Assembly (NCBI GenBank): GCA_964016885.1
Contig: OZ024755.1
Location: 38,316,001-38,380,000, forward strand
DNA: 64,000 nt
From: Eledone cirrhosa
Taxonomy: Eukaryota
Direction of reading: 5' to 3'
The notes under the pieces: model-generated
Told to the model about the DNA's origin: nothing
What the model saw: only the letters and a program-made list of their open reading frames with translations
The model's database searches: none
Position numbers and translations under genes: made by a program
In this document: positions 11,901-23,582 of the stretch, piece after piece
Position numbering within the stretch: position 1 is the stretch's first letter
Layout: each line of letters opens with the position of its first letter

Positions 11901-14900
11901 GCTACTGTTGACCTTAGACTAGTGGTTCCCAGAGCTACTGTTGACCTTAGACCAGTGGTTCCCAGAGCTACTGTTGACCTTAGACCAGTGGTTCCCAGAG
12001 CTATTGTTGACCTTAGACCAGTGGTTCCCAGAGCTACTGTTGACCTTATACCAGTGGTTCCCAGAGCTACTGTTGACCTTAGACCAGTGGTTCCCAGAGC
12101 TACTGTTCCCCTTAGACCAGTGGTTCCCAGAGCTACTGTTGACCTTAGACCAGAGGTTCACAGAGCTATTGTTGACCTTAGACCAGTGGTTCCCAGAGCT
12201 ACTGTTGACCTTAGACCAGTGGTTCCCAGAGCTATTGTTGACCTTAGACCAGTGGTTCCCAGAGCTACTGTTGACCTTAGACCAGTAGTTCCCAGAGCTA
12301 CTGTTGACCTTAGACCAGTAGTTCCCAGAGCTATTGTTCCCCTTAGACCAGTGGTTCCCAGAGCTACTGTTGACCTTAGACCAGTAGTTCCCAGAGCTAT
12401 TGTTCCCCTTAGACCAGTGGTTCCCAGAGCTACTGTTGACCTTAGACCAGTAGTTCCCAGAGCTACTGTTGACCTTAGACCAGTAGTTCCCAGAGCTACT
12501 GTTGACCTTAGACCAGTAGTTCCCAGAGCTATTGTTCCCCTTAGACCAGTGCTTCCCAGAGCTACTGTTGACCTTAGACCAGTGGTTCCCAGAGCTATTG
12601 TTCCCCTTAGACCAGTGGTTCCCAGAGCTACTGTTGACCTTAGACCAGTAGTTCCCAGAGCTACTGTTGACCTTAGACCAGTGGTTCCAAGAGCTACTGT
12701 TGACCTTAGACCAGTAGTTCCCAGAGCTACTGTTGACCTTAGACCAGTGGTTCCCAGAGCTACTGTTGACCTTAGACCAGTAGTTCCCAGAGCTACTGTT
12801 GACCTTAGACCAGTGGTTCCCAGAGCTACTGTTGACCTTAGACCAGTGGTTCCCAGAGCTACTGTTGACCTTAGACCAGTGGTTCCCAGAGCTACTGTTG
12901 ACCTTAGACCAGTAGTTCCCAGAGCTACTGTTGACCTTAGACCAGTAGTTCCCAGAGCTATTGTTCCCCTTAGACCAGTGGTTCCCAGAGCTACTGTTGA
13001 CCTTAGACCAGTAGTTCCCAGAGCTACTGTTGACCTTAGACCAGTGGTTCCAAGAGCTACTGTTGACCTTAGACCAGTAGTTCCCAGAGCTACTGTTGAC
13101 CTTAGACCAGTGGTTCCCATAGCTACTGTTGACCTTAGACCAGTGGTTCCCAGAGCTACTGTTGACCTTAGACCAGTGGTTCCCAGAGCTACTGTTGACC
13201 TTAGACCAGTGGTTCCCAGAGCTACTGTTGACCTTAGACCAGTAGTTCCCAGAGCTACTGTTCCCCTTAGACCAGTAGTTCCCAGAGCTACTGTTGACCT
13301 TAGACCAGTGGTTCACACAGCTACTGTTGACCTTAGACCAGTGGTTCCCAGAGCTACTGTTGACCTTAGACCAGTGGTTCCCAGGGCTACTGTTGACCTT
13401 AGACCAGTAGTTCCCAGAGCTACTGTTGACCTTAGACCAGTGGTTCCCAGAGCTACTGTTGACCTTAGACCAGTGGTTCCCAGAGCTACTGTTGACCTTA
13501 GACCAGTGGTCCCCAGAGCTACTGTTGACCTTAGACCAGTGGTTCCCAGAGCTACTGTTGACCTTAGACCAGTGGTTCCCAGAGCTACTGTTGACCTTAG
13601 ACCAGTAGTTCCCAGAGCTACTGTTGACCTTAGACCAGTAGTTCCCAGAGCTACTGTTGACCTTAGACCAGTGGTTCCCAGAGCTACTGTTCCCCTTAGA
13701 CCAGTGGTTCCCAGAGCTACTGTTGACCTTAGACCAGTGGTTCCCAGAGCTACTGTTGACCTTAGACCAGTGGTTCCCAGAGCTACTGTTGACCTTAGAC
13801 CAGTGGTTCCCAGAGCTACTGTTGACCTTAGACCAGTGGTTTCCAGAGCTATTGTTGACCTTAGACCAGTGGTTCCCAGAGCTACTGTTGACCTTAGACC
13901 AGTGGTTCCCAGAGCTACCGTTCCCCTTAGACCAGTGGTTCCCAGAGCTACTGTTGACCTTAGACCAGTGGTTCCCAGAGCTACTGTTCCCCTTAGACTA
14001 GTGGTTCCCAGAGCTACTGTTGACCTTAGACCAGTGGTTCCCAGAGCTACTGTTGACCTTAGACCAGTGGTTCCCAGAGCTACTGTTGACCTTAGACCAG
14101 TCGTTCCCAGAGCTACTGTTGACCTTAGACCAGTGGTCCCCAGAGCTACTGTTGACCTTAGACTAGTGTTTCCCAGAGCTACTGTTGACCTTAGACCAGT
14201 GGTTCCCAGAGCTACTGTTCCACTTAGACCAGTGGTTCCCAGAGCTACTGTTGACCTTAGACCAGTGGTTCCCAGAGCTATTGTTGACCTTAGACCAGTG
14301 GTTCCCAGAGCTACTGTTCCCCTTAGACCAGTGGTTCCCAGAGCTACTGTTGCCCTTAGACTAGTGGTTCCCAGAGCTACTGTTGACCTTAGACCAGTGG
14401 TTCCCAGAGCTACTGTTGACCTTAGACCAGTGGTTCCCAGAGCTATTGTTGACCTTAGACCAGTGGTTCCCAGAGCTACTGTTGACCTTATACCAGTGGT
14501 TCCCAGAGCTACTGTTGACCTTAGACCAGTGGTTCCCAGAGCTACTGTTCCCCTTAGACCAGTGGTTCCCAGAGCTACTGTTGACCTTAGACCAGTGGTT
14601 CACAGAGCTATTGTTGACCTTAGACCAGTGGTTCCCAGAGCTACTGTTGACCTTAGACCAGTGGTTCCCAGAGCTATTGTTGACCTTAGACCAGTGGTTC
14701 CCAGAGCTACTGTTGACCTTAGACCAGTAGTTCCCAGAGCTACTGTTGACCTTAGACCAGTAGTTCCCAGAGCTATTGTTCCCCTTAGACCAGTGGTTCC
14801 CAGAGCTACTGTTGACCTTAGACCAGTAGTTCCCAGAGCTATTGTTCCCCTTAGACCAGTGGTTCCCAGAGCTACTGTTGACCTTAGACCAGTAGTTCCC

Positions 14901-16540
14901 AGAGCTACTGTTGACCTTAGACCAGTAGTTCCCAGAGCTACTGTTGACCTTAGACCAGTAGTTCCCAGAGCTATTGTTCCCCTTAGACCAGTGGTTCCCA
15001 GAGCTACTGTTGACCTTAGACCAGTGGTTCCCAGAGCTATTGTTCCCCTTAGACCAGTGGTTCCCAGAGCTACTGTTGACCTTAGACCAGTAGTTCCCAG
15101 AGCTACTGTTGACCTTAGACCAGTGGTTCCAAGAGCTACTGTTGACCTTAGACCAGTAGTTCCCAGAGCTACTGTTGACCTTAGACCAGTGGTTCCCAGA
15201 GCTACTGTTGACCTTAGACCAGTAGTTCCCAGAGCTACTGTTGACCTTAGACCAGTGGTTCCCAGAGCTACTGTTGACCTTAGACCAGTGGTTCCAAGAG
15301 CTACTGTTGACCTTAGACCAGTAGTTCCCAGAGCTACTGTTGACCTTAGACCAGTGGTTCCCAGAGCTACTGTTGACCTTAGACCAGTAGTTCCCAGAGC
15401 TACTGTTGACCTTAGACCAGTGGTTCCCAGAGCTACTGTTGACCTTAGACCAGTGGTTCCCAGAGCTACTGTTGACCTTAGACCAGTGGTTCCCAGAGCT
15501 ACTGTTGACCTTAGACCAGTAGTTCCCAGAGCTACTGTTGACCTTAGACCAGTAGTTCCCAGAGCTATTGTTCCCCTTAGACCAGTGGTTCCCAGAGCTA
15601 CTGTTGACCTTAGACCAGTAGTTCCCAGAGCTACTTGTTGACCTTAGACCAGTAGTTCCCAGAGCTACTGTTGACCTTAGACCAGTGGTTCCCAGAGCTA
15701 CTGTTGACCTTAGACCAGTAGTTCCCAGAGCTACTGTTGACCTTAGACCAGTGGTTCCCAGAGCTACTGTTGACCTTAGACCAGTAGTTCCCAGAGCTAC
15801 TGTTGACCTTAGACCAGTAGTTCCCAGAGCTATTGTTCCCCTTAGACCAGTGGTTCCCAGAGCTACTGTTGACCTTAGACCAGTAGTTCCCAGAGCTACT
15901 GTTGACCTTAGACCAGTAGTTCCCAGAGCTATTGTTCCCCTTAGACCAGTGGTTCCCAGAGCTACTGTTGACCATAGACCAGTGGTTCCCAGAGCTACTG
16001 TTGACCTTAGACCAGTAGTTCCCAGAACTACTGTTGACCTTAGACCAGTGGTTCCCAGAGCTACTGTTGACCTTAGACCAGTAGTTCCCAGAGCTACTGT
16101 TGACCTTAGACCAGTAGTTCCCAGAGCTACTGTTGACCTTAGACCAGTGGTTCCCAGAGCTACTGTTGACCTTAGACCAGTGGTTCCCAGAGCTACTGTT
16201 GACCTTAGACCAGTAGTTCCCAGAGCTACTGTTGACCTTAGACCAGTAGTTCCCAGAGCTACTGTTGACCTTAGACCAGTGGTTCCCAGAGCTATTGTTC
16301 CCCTTAGACCAGTGGTTCCCAGAGCTATTGTTGACCTTAGACCAGTAGTTCCCAGAGCTACTGTTGACCTTAGACCAGTGGTTCCCAGAGCTACTGTTGA
16401 CCTTAGACCAGTAGTTCCCAGAGCTACTGTTGACCTTAGACCAGTGGTTCCCAGAGCTACTATTCCCCTTAGACCAGTGGTTCCCAGAGCTACTGTTGAC
16501 CTTAGACCAGTGGTTCCCAGAGCTACTGTCCTCTTTAGAC
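5958..16540. repeat. 33-bp minisatellite, ~320 copies (CAGAGCTACTGTTGACCTTAGACCAGTGGTTCC)
   Basis: Continuous 33-bp period with only two 1-bp indels (~6515, ~15635). Confidence 0.98.
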
Positions 16541-16790
16541 AGGTGATTCCCAAACCACACGCCATGAGGTGTAACTAGATACACTGCAAAAGACTAAGAT
16601 TAAGTTTTCAGATGTGAAAAATATAAACTGAAATTCATATGAAAGTTCCTATATTGGTGTCAAAGTGGTAAACTCGTAAAGTTTAGTAAGATTCTGTTAA
16701 GAATTAGAAAAGTCTTTTGAATGCTGGTGTTCCAGCATATTTTTATTTATTCAAAAATGTGCCATGACTAAAAAAGTTTGGGAACCACTA
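16541..16790. mobile_element. hAT (Charlie/Buster-type) MITE
   Basis: TIRs AGGTGATTCCCAAAC / GTTTGGGAACCACTA. 8-bp TSD CTTTAGAC (16533-40) / CCTTAGAC (16791-98) with central TA. Confidence 0.8.
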
Positions 16791-16967
16791 CCTTAGACAA
16801 TCCATTATTTTATCATAATTTTTCTGTCTGTAATTCCATGTTGGGTTTGTGTGGACAAGTCGTTACAGACCAAGTCAGTACTCAATCAGAGCTACTGTTC
16901 TCCTTAGACAAACCAGAAACCACATTTTGCTTACATCCCTTCTTTAGCAAGGGCCAAAACACTTGAT

Positions 16968-17107
16968 GAGGGGTGTTTCTTCTCTGAGCATAAGAGGGGT
17001 TTCTTTTCTGAGTATAAGAGGGGTTTCTTCTCTGAGCATAAGAGGGGTTTCTTCTCTGAGCATAAGAGGGGTTTTTTCTCTGAGCATAAGAGGGGTTTCT
17101 TCTCTGA
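16968..17107. repeat. 24-bp tandem repeat (~6 copies)
   Basis: GAGGGGTTTCTTCTCTGAGCATAA. Confidence 0.9.
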
Positions 17108-17439
17108 AGACCGCCTGGTCTCTAGTTCTCCTGAGAATTTCTTACCATTAACCATAGAAAAGCTTTTGAGGCCTCATACGTATTATGAATATTTTATACA
17201 CATATAAATACATGTATATATATTATATAAACATATTTATATATTACCATCATTAGCTTTAAACAGAATCATTAGCCTTTATTATATATAATTAAGGTTT
17301 ATATAATACTAATTTGCTTTCATTCTTTTGTAATATTTCATTTATTTTACTCATAAACAACCTCAATTAACACATTCTTCTACATTTCAAACATTTTATC
17401 TATACACTTACATTGATAAACATCACTTTTATATATATA

Positions 17440-18257
17440 CTAGCATTAAAGCCCGGCGTTGCTCGGGGTCAGTAAGTTACCTAAGTTAGGTTGCACCACC
17501 CATTTTATGGCAGTACTTTTTTGTCTGCCAGGCACTGGGTGAATGAATTGCAGACCTGGACTGCCGAAGCAGGAGCTGCACCAGCAGTGACAATTGTAGT
17601 TTCGCCTATGGATATTATCGCTGTGCAAAGAAGTGTTAAAATTTATTGTTTCACAGTACTTGCGCAACACGCGCGTAGCCGAACAACAGAGCTGCGATAG
17701 AGTTGTTCTGCATGGTTGTTTAATGTGTGTTTTCTAAATTTAAGACAGTAGGGAGGGGTGTGATATGGGGGAGGGTTAGCTGCTGTTTCTAGCAGGTTTA
17801 GTGACCTCATAGAGCATATGTTTTCTAAATTTAAGACAGTAGGTAGTGGTGTGATGTGGGGGAGAGTTAGCTGCTGTTTCTAGCAGGTTTAGTGACCTCA
17901 TAGAGGATATTATTGTGTATAGTAAATGAACTGATACTTTCTTCCACGTTCGTTGAGAGATGTTTTAAAAAAGATTTATCGCTATTTTTTGTTGTTGTTG
18001 AATAAATTTATCTGTTGCTTTTGAATAATTGTTGTTTCGTATGAAATGTAATAAGTTCTCTTTGTCATTGAAGTAAATAAATGTTTGACCGTTCCACACT
18101 AAAAAACAAACGTTCTCTCTCTCTCTCCCTCTCACTCTCTCTCTTAAAGTTTGTAAGTTTAAGCATATATAAGAGAAATTTGCAGCATGTATGTAGTTTT
18201 ATCGAATTTTAAGGGGAGTAGAGAGAGGATTCAGATTGTATTAGAGGGGTAAAGCGT
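17440..18257 (-). mobile_element. Helitron 3' terminus and probable internal sequence (5' end not found)
   Basis: CTAG at 17440-43 followed by CCCGGCGTTGCTCGGG, the same hairpin as at 55805. ~90-bp internal direct duplication (~17727/~17818). The right boundary is uncertain. Confidence 0.55.
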
Positions 18258-20120
18258 CATGTATTTTATTATGCGCATTTCAAAAACAAATATCATCATG
18301 GGATGATATTTGCGTTCTCATCAGATAAAATAGGGAGACATGATATGAAGCTTAAAAAACACTTGCGAGCAGTGAAGTGTTAAATCAACATATGAAAAAT
18401 AAAATAAGATGGATATATGAGTTTGGAAAAAAGGAAAGGAAAAGGTAAGGAAGAAAGAATATAGATAGAAGAAAAATATATAATAATAAGGAAAGGATGA
18501 CGGAGGAGGAGTATAAGAAGGAAGGAAGGATGAGAGAGGAGGAGAAAATGAGTGAGAGAGAGAGATAACCTCTAATACTGAGAAACACTGTCTCACAGAG
18601 AAAAATTTTAAAAACCGTTGTAAGATAATAGATAATTTAAAAAATTAAGAAATTAAAAGTTAATGAGGTTTCTGAATGGTGATGCTTATGATTAAAGAAA
18701 AAGGAATTAAGAATATTATTTATTTAAGGTTTATATATTGAAGGGTTTAATAAGATGTGCGAAAAGGAATTTATTAAAATGTATTATTAAAATAAAATAT
18801 ATTAAGAAGATAAGGTGAATGAAGATAAGGTTAAATGGATTATGAACTTAGAGGAATTAATTAGGGTCCAAGTTTGTTTCTATATATTGTAAATAATAAA
18901 TTTAATACGAGCATGAAAGGAGAGAAGAAAGAAAAAATTCAAGGAAGAAAAAATATATAACGTCAAAAAAATATGTTTATTAAATTTCTCTAATGGTAAT
19001 ATTAGTATATATTAAAAATAAAAATTTGTATGGCCGAGAATATAAGGAAAATGCTATAGTGAGTTATAAGATGAATTAAGAAGTAATTGAGAAGTAAAAG
19101 TTGCAGATTAAAGATTAGAAATTAAAAAAGAAGAAAATTAGGGGACCGCTAACGACATAGTATGAGTAATATTGTATAATATACTGAAATAAGGTAAGAT
19201 GGGTATATTTGTAAAAAATATAAAAGTGTTTGAGAAAAAAAGATTTTAAACTAATTAGGTAGTAAGATATTAGCTGTATACTTTATGGAAAGTTCTATGG
19301 GATTTATGCAAGCAGAGTGAAAATAAATCCGTACGTCTATTTATTATAGAATTAAAATTAGAGATAATGGTAAATTTCTCCGCTAGGCAGAGATTAAGGT
19401 AAGGAGAGGCGTTGCAAACCTTTCTCCAAGAAATGTTGTAGTTAATATTTTTGTCCTTTAAGGACCATATGAGTTCTGAGAGTGCTGTGTTAGTTCTTTT
19501 AAGTTGGTATTTAAAAGAAGAATTGTGATTATAAAATCTTGCTTTAAAGGAAGTGGAAGTGGAACCAAAATAGGTAAAAGAATTAGTACCAATTATAACC
19601 TTACATTCCACTTCCACTTCCTTTAAAGCAAGATTTTATAATCACAATTCTTCTTTTAAATACCAACTTAAAAGAACTAACACAGCACTCTCAGAACTCA
19701 TATGGTCCTTAACGGAAAAAATATTAAATTATGTATTATCTTACGGTTTTTAACATTTTTCTCTGTGAGACAGTGTTTCTCAGTATTAAAGGTTATCTCT
19801 CTCTCACTCATTTTCTCCTCCTCTCTCATCCTTCCTTATACTCCTCCTCCATCATCCTTTCCTTATTATTATATATTTTTCTTCTATCTATATTCTTTCT
19901 TCCTTTCCTTACCTTTTCTTTCCCCCTTCCTTTCCTTTTTTCCAATCTCATATATCCATCTTATTTTATTTTTCATATGTTGATTTAACACTTCACTGCT
20001 CGCAAGTATTTTTTAAGCTTCATATCATGTCTCCCTATTTTATCTGATGAGAACGCAAATATCATCCCATGCGCATAATAAAATACATGGAACTCTTTAA
20101 CCATCTTTTGATTTTATATT
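18258..20120 (-). mobile_element. Penelope-like element remnant: GIY-YIG endonuclease C-terminus, AT-rich 3' region with hammerhead, plus an inverted partial copy
   Basis: ORF 19270..19617(-) reads YFGSTSTSFKARFYNHNSSFK...TALSELIWSLKDKNINYNISW...NLCLAEK...NRRTDLFSLCLHK, a PLE-type GIY-YIG C-terminus. 19606-19727 is the reverse complement of 19442-19564, and ~19735-20090 of ~18258-18630. Confidence 0.85.
18262..18332 (-). ncRNA. Minimal type-I hammerhead ribozyme (PLE-associated)
   Basis: Minus strand: TATTTTAT-CTGATGA-[GAACGCAAATATCATC ccat GATGATATTTGTTTTT]-GAAA-TGCGCA-TA-ATAAAATA. It has an 8-bp stem I, a long stem II and palindromic stem III ATGCGCAT. Confidence 0.8.
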
Positions 20121-20208
20121 ATTTATACTCCAGTCCTATAAACTGTTGAGTGCTACTTATCCGATATTTACATTGCTTTATTGTGCTACAATAAAACTCA
20201 CCTCCTAC

Positions 20209-20264
<56 letters not shown>

Positions 20265-20319
20265 GTCGTCAAGTATGAAATTTGTAGAAAAAAACAAATT
20301 TCTTCAAATTTCATACTTG

Positions 20320-20349
<30 letters not shown>

Positions 20350-20350
<1 letters not shown>

Positions 20351-20760
20351 GGGAGAGATGACCCCTTAGCCTTTGTCAAGGCAGAATTCTAGGAGAAGGA
20401 AAACTCTGATATAACACCTGCAACCCTGATGGTATCCAATGATGTTGACGTGTTCTTCTTTTTGGTAAATATCATCTTGGTTAAGAGAGTGGGACTGGCT
20501 TTGTGCAGTGCCTTTGCTCACTATAAAAGCTTCACGGCACAGGCATTGCTTTATATCTGGAGATCTCCCTGCATTTGTCGTCACATGATACCATGGGCCC
20601 AGCACTAAGTATCAATAATTGTCACAAGTGTAGTGTTTGTACCAGAGTTTTCAAGTCGCTGGCTGGACTAAAAAGTCACACTCGTTCAGCGCATCGGTAG
20701 GGGTTCTCCTACATGGATATAAAGTAGTGGCCATACTCGAAAACGAGTTGGCAGCCACCA
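20350..20760 (+). mobile_element. Bipartite (internally deleted) non-autonomous RTE-like element
   Basis: The 5' part has CTAGGAGAAGGAAAACTCTGA, a motif I recall from RTE 5' regions. 20620-20700 encodes a terminal C2H2 finger CSVCTRVFKSLAGLKSHTRSAHR*. (TA)n on both flanks. Confidence 0.55.
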
Positions 20761-21294
20761 TATATATATATATACACATATATTATATATACATACATGC
20801 ACACACACACATATATATATATAGATATATATATATATAACAGTGAAGTAAAGTAAATAAACTGGTCTGTTTTGATAACGAGTGTTCCAGTTATTCAACC
20901 AACGGAACAATAGCCTATTTGTGAAATGAATGTATAAGTGCCTGTGTATGCCACAGACACGTGTACCTGTGGCATAATTTTCAGTGTGTGACAAGGCTGG
21001 CACTTCGAATTACCGACACAATCCACCTGGAAAGCTTCTAAACAGTTTCCATCTCTCCAAGGTCACTCACATGGCCTTGAGGTCAACATTGGCCTAAAGT
21101 GCCATGCATTGAGTTAGAGCCCAAACCTTCAGCATTGATTGGAGGGAGTTTTGACTTCTATTTCTAGCACTTTAAGTGACTGCCTAGAAGTTCTCTCATT
21201 TACTCATATGTATGTAAGTGTGCCTGTGTGTCTAGAGAGATGAAAGTGTGTGTCTGCCTGCATGAAAGGTTATTACGGTAATTAGTATAGTTTC

Positions 21295-22880
21295 AAATAT
21301 TGGTCGTTGTCCAACAGGTCGAGCCCATAGCAGGGGAGACTTCTAATGTCCTTGGCTCTATGGCCACCTCCCTACTCACCACCATCACCACAGAGTTGCC
21401 TACCTGAAGCATTGGAGACCTCTGGTGTCCTTGGCCCTAGGACCACCTCCCTACACACCACCATCATTACAGAGTTGCCTACCTGTAGCATTGGAGACTT
21501 CTGGTGTCCTAGGCCCTAGGACCACCTCCCTACTCACCACAGAGTTTCCTACCTGTAACAGGGGAGACCTCTGGTGTCCTTGGCTCTAGGACCACCTCCC
21601 TACTTACCACAGAGTTGCCTACCTGTAACAGTGGAGACCTCTGGTGTCCTAGGCCCTAGGACCACCTCCCTACTCACCACAGAGTTGCCTACCTGTAACA
21701 GTGGAGACCTCTGGTGTCCTTGGCCCTAGGACCACCTCCCTACTCACCACAGAGTTGCCTACCTGTAACAGGGGAGACCTCTGGTGTCCTTGGCTCTAGG
21801 ACCACCTCCCTACTTACCACAGAGTTGCCTACCTGTAACAGTGGAGACCTCTGGTGTCCTAGGCCCTAGGACCACCTCCCTACTCACCACAGAGTTGGCT
21901 ACCTGTAACATTGGAGACTTCTGGTGTCCTTGACCCTAGGACCACCTCCCTACTCACCACAGAGTTGCCTACCTGTAACAGGGGAGACCTCTGGTGTCCT
22001 TGACCCTAGGACCACCTCCCTACTCACCACAGAGTTGCCTACCTGTAACAGGGGAGACCTCTGGTGTCCTTGACCCTAGGACCACCTCCCTACTCACCAC
22101 CATCATTACAGAGTTGCCTACCTGTAACATTGGAGACTTCTGGTGTCCTTGGCCCTATGGCCACCTCCCTACTCACCACCATCATTACAGAGTTGCCTAC
22201 CTGTAGCATTGGAGACTTCTGGTGTCCTAGGCCCTAGGACCACCTCCCTACACACCACTATCACCACAGAGTTGCCTACTTGTAGCATTGGAGACCTCTG
22301 GTGTCCTTGGCCCTAGGACCACCTCCCTACTTACCACCATCACCACAGAGTTGCCTACCTGTAGCATTGGCGACTTCTGGTGTCCTTGGCCCTAGGACCA
22401 TCTCCCTACTTACCACCATCACCACAGAGTTGCCTACCTGTAGCATTGGCGACTTCTGGTGTCCTTGGCCCTAGGACCACCTCCCTACTTACCACAGAGT
22501 TGCCTACCTGTAGCATTGGAGACTTCTGGTGTCCTTGGCCCTAGGACCACCTCCCTACACACCACCATCACCACAGAGTTGGCTACCTGTAACAGTGGAG
22601 ACCTCTGGTGTCCTTGGCCCTAGGACCACCTCCCTACTTACCACAGAGTTGGCTACCTGTAACAGTGGAGACCTCTGGTGTCCTTGGCCCTAGGACCACC
22701 TCCCTACTTACCACAGAGTTGCCTACCTGTAGCATTGGAGACTTCTGGTGTCCTTGGCCCTAGGACCACCTCCCTACTCACCACAGAGTTGCCTACCCAC
22801 AGGTATGAGCCTCACAAGCTGGAATGGCTCTTCCAATACATCTCCCTCACCATCCTCTGGGGAAATGCCGCTCTATTCTG
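21295..22880 (+). mobile_element. CRE-clade non-LTR retrotransposon 3' remnant (restriction-like endonuclease tail) containing the 70/79-bp array
   Basis: KYWSLSNR..EPIAGETS at the left and PVALETSGVLGPRTTSLL...EPHKLEWLFQYISLTILWGNAA at the right. This matches the KY..L...F.P.A.ET.G..G....L...P....WLFQR.S.A..RGNA pattern I recall for CRE RLE domains. Confidence 0.6.
21333..22797. repeat. 70/79-bp minisatellite (~20 copies)
   Basis: GGAGACCTCTGGTGTCCTTGGCCCTAGGACCACCTCCCTACTCACCAC(CATCACCAC)AGAGTTGCCTACCTGTAACA. Confidence 0.95.
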
Positions 22881-23364
22881 TCCGCTGGGGCTGCAGGGTG
22901 GCCAGCACATGGGCCTCCATTTGCTCATAATAGTGAGAGATGGGGAGAGTGGGAGTTGGGTCCCATTTTGTTCAGACCTGGTGTATATATATTTATTTAC
23001 CACACCTCAGTGGTTACCCTATGTAAATATAATTTAATAGAAAAAAAAAAAGAAAATTTAGATTGAGAAGAAAAAAGGGAATGTAAAATAAGGAAATATT
23101 GAATAAAAAAACATAAAAGGAAGGGAATGGCAAGGGCTGTCACAGAAGAATGATGGAGGGGCAGGATGGTTGGGCTCTGGGTCTAGGGCACAGTGATAAT
23201 GGGTGCCTTGTCGCAGAATTCTAAAATAATGTAAACATTTTAAAATTTTATATTAAAATAATTACTGTAAGTTTCATTGTTTTAATAAACTTTTCTTGAA
23301 GAATTAAATAACAAAAGATATGAGCGAGTTATTTAGGAAATGTAAGATGTATCTGATGTTGTAC

Positions 23365-23582
23365 TTGTGGTACTTCCCTCAGTTCCACCTCTGTTGTACT
23401 TCTCTCTGTTGTTCTACTTCCCTGTTGTACTTCTCTCTGTTGTTCTACTTCTCTGTTGTACTTCCCTGTTGTACTTCTCTCTGTTCTACTTCCTTGTTCT
23501 ACTTCCCCCTGTTGTACTTCCCTCTGTTGTACTTCCCTGTTGTACTCCCCCCTGTTGTACTCCCCCCTGTTGTACTTCCCTC
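23365..23582. repeat. Degenerate ~14-16-bp tandem repeat (TGTTGTACTTCCC)
   Basis: Visible reiteration. Confidence 0.8.

Noticed and set aside
5958-16540. CRISPR-like array (33-bp repeats; also the 46- and 41-bp arrays)
   Set aside because: The repeats are head-to-tail with no unique spacers, there are no cas genes, and the context is eukaryotic.
5946-16584. Very long ORFs (3032, 1380, 944 aa etc.) with 11-aa repeats, resembling antifreeze, mucin or structural proteins
   Set aside because: They result from a 33-bp (multiple of 3) unit lacking stops in several frames on both strands. There is no unique N- or C-terminal domain, the unit derives from a transposon junction, and it lies within an intron.
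20620-20700. C2H2 zinc-finger host exon (cephalopod ZNF expansion)
   Set aside because: It is a single finger followed by a stop, with no TGEKP linker, inside a (TA)n-bounded retroelement-like insert.
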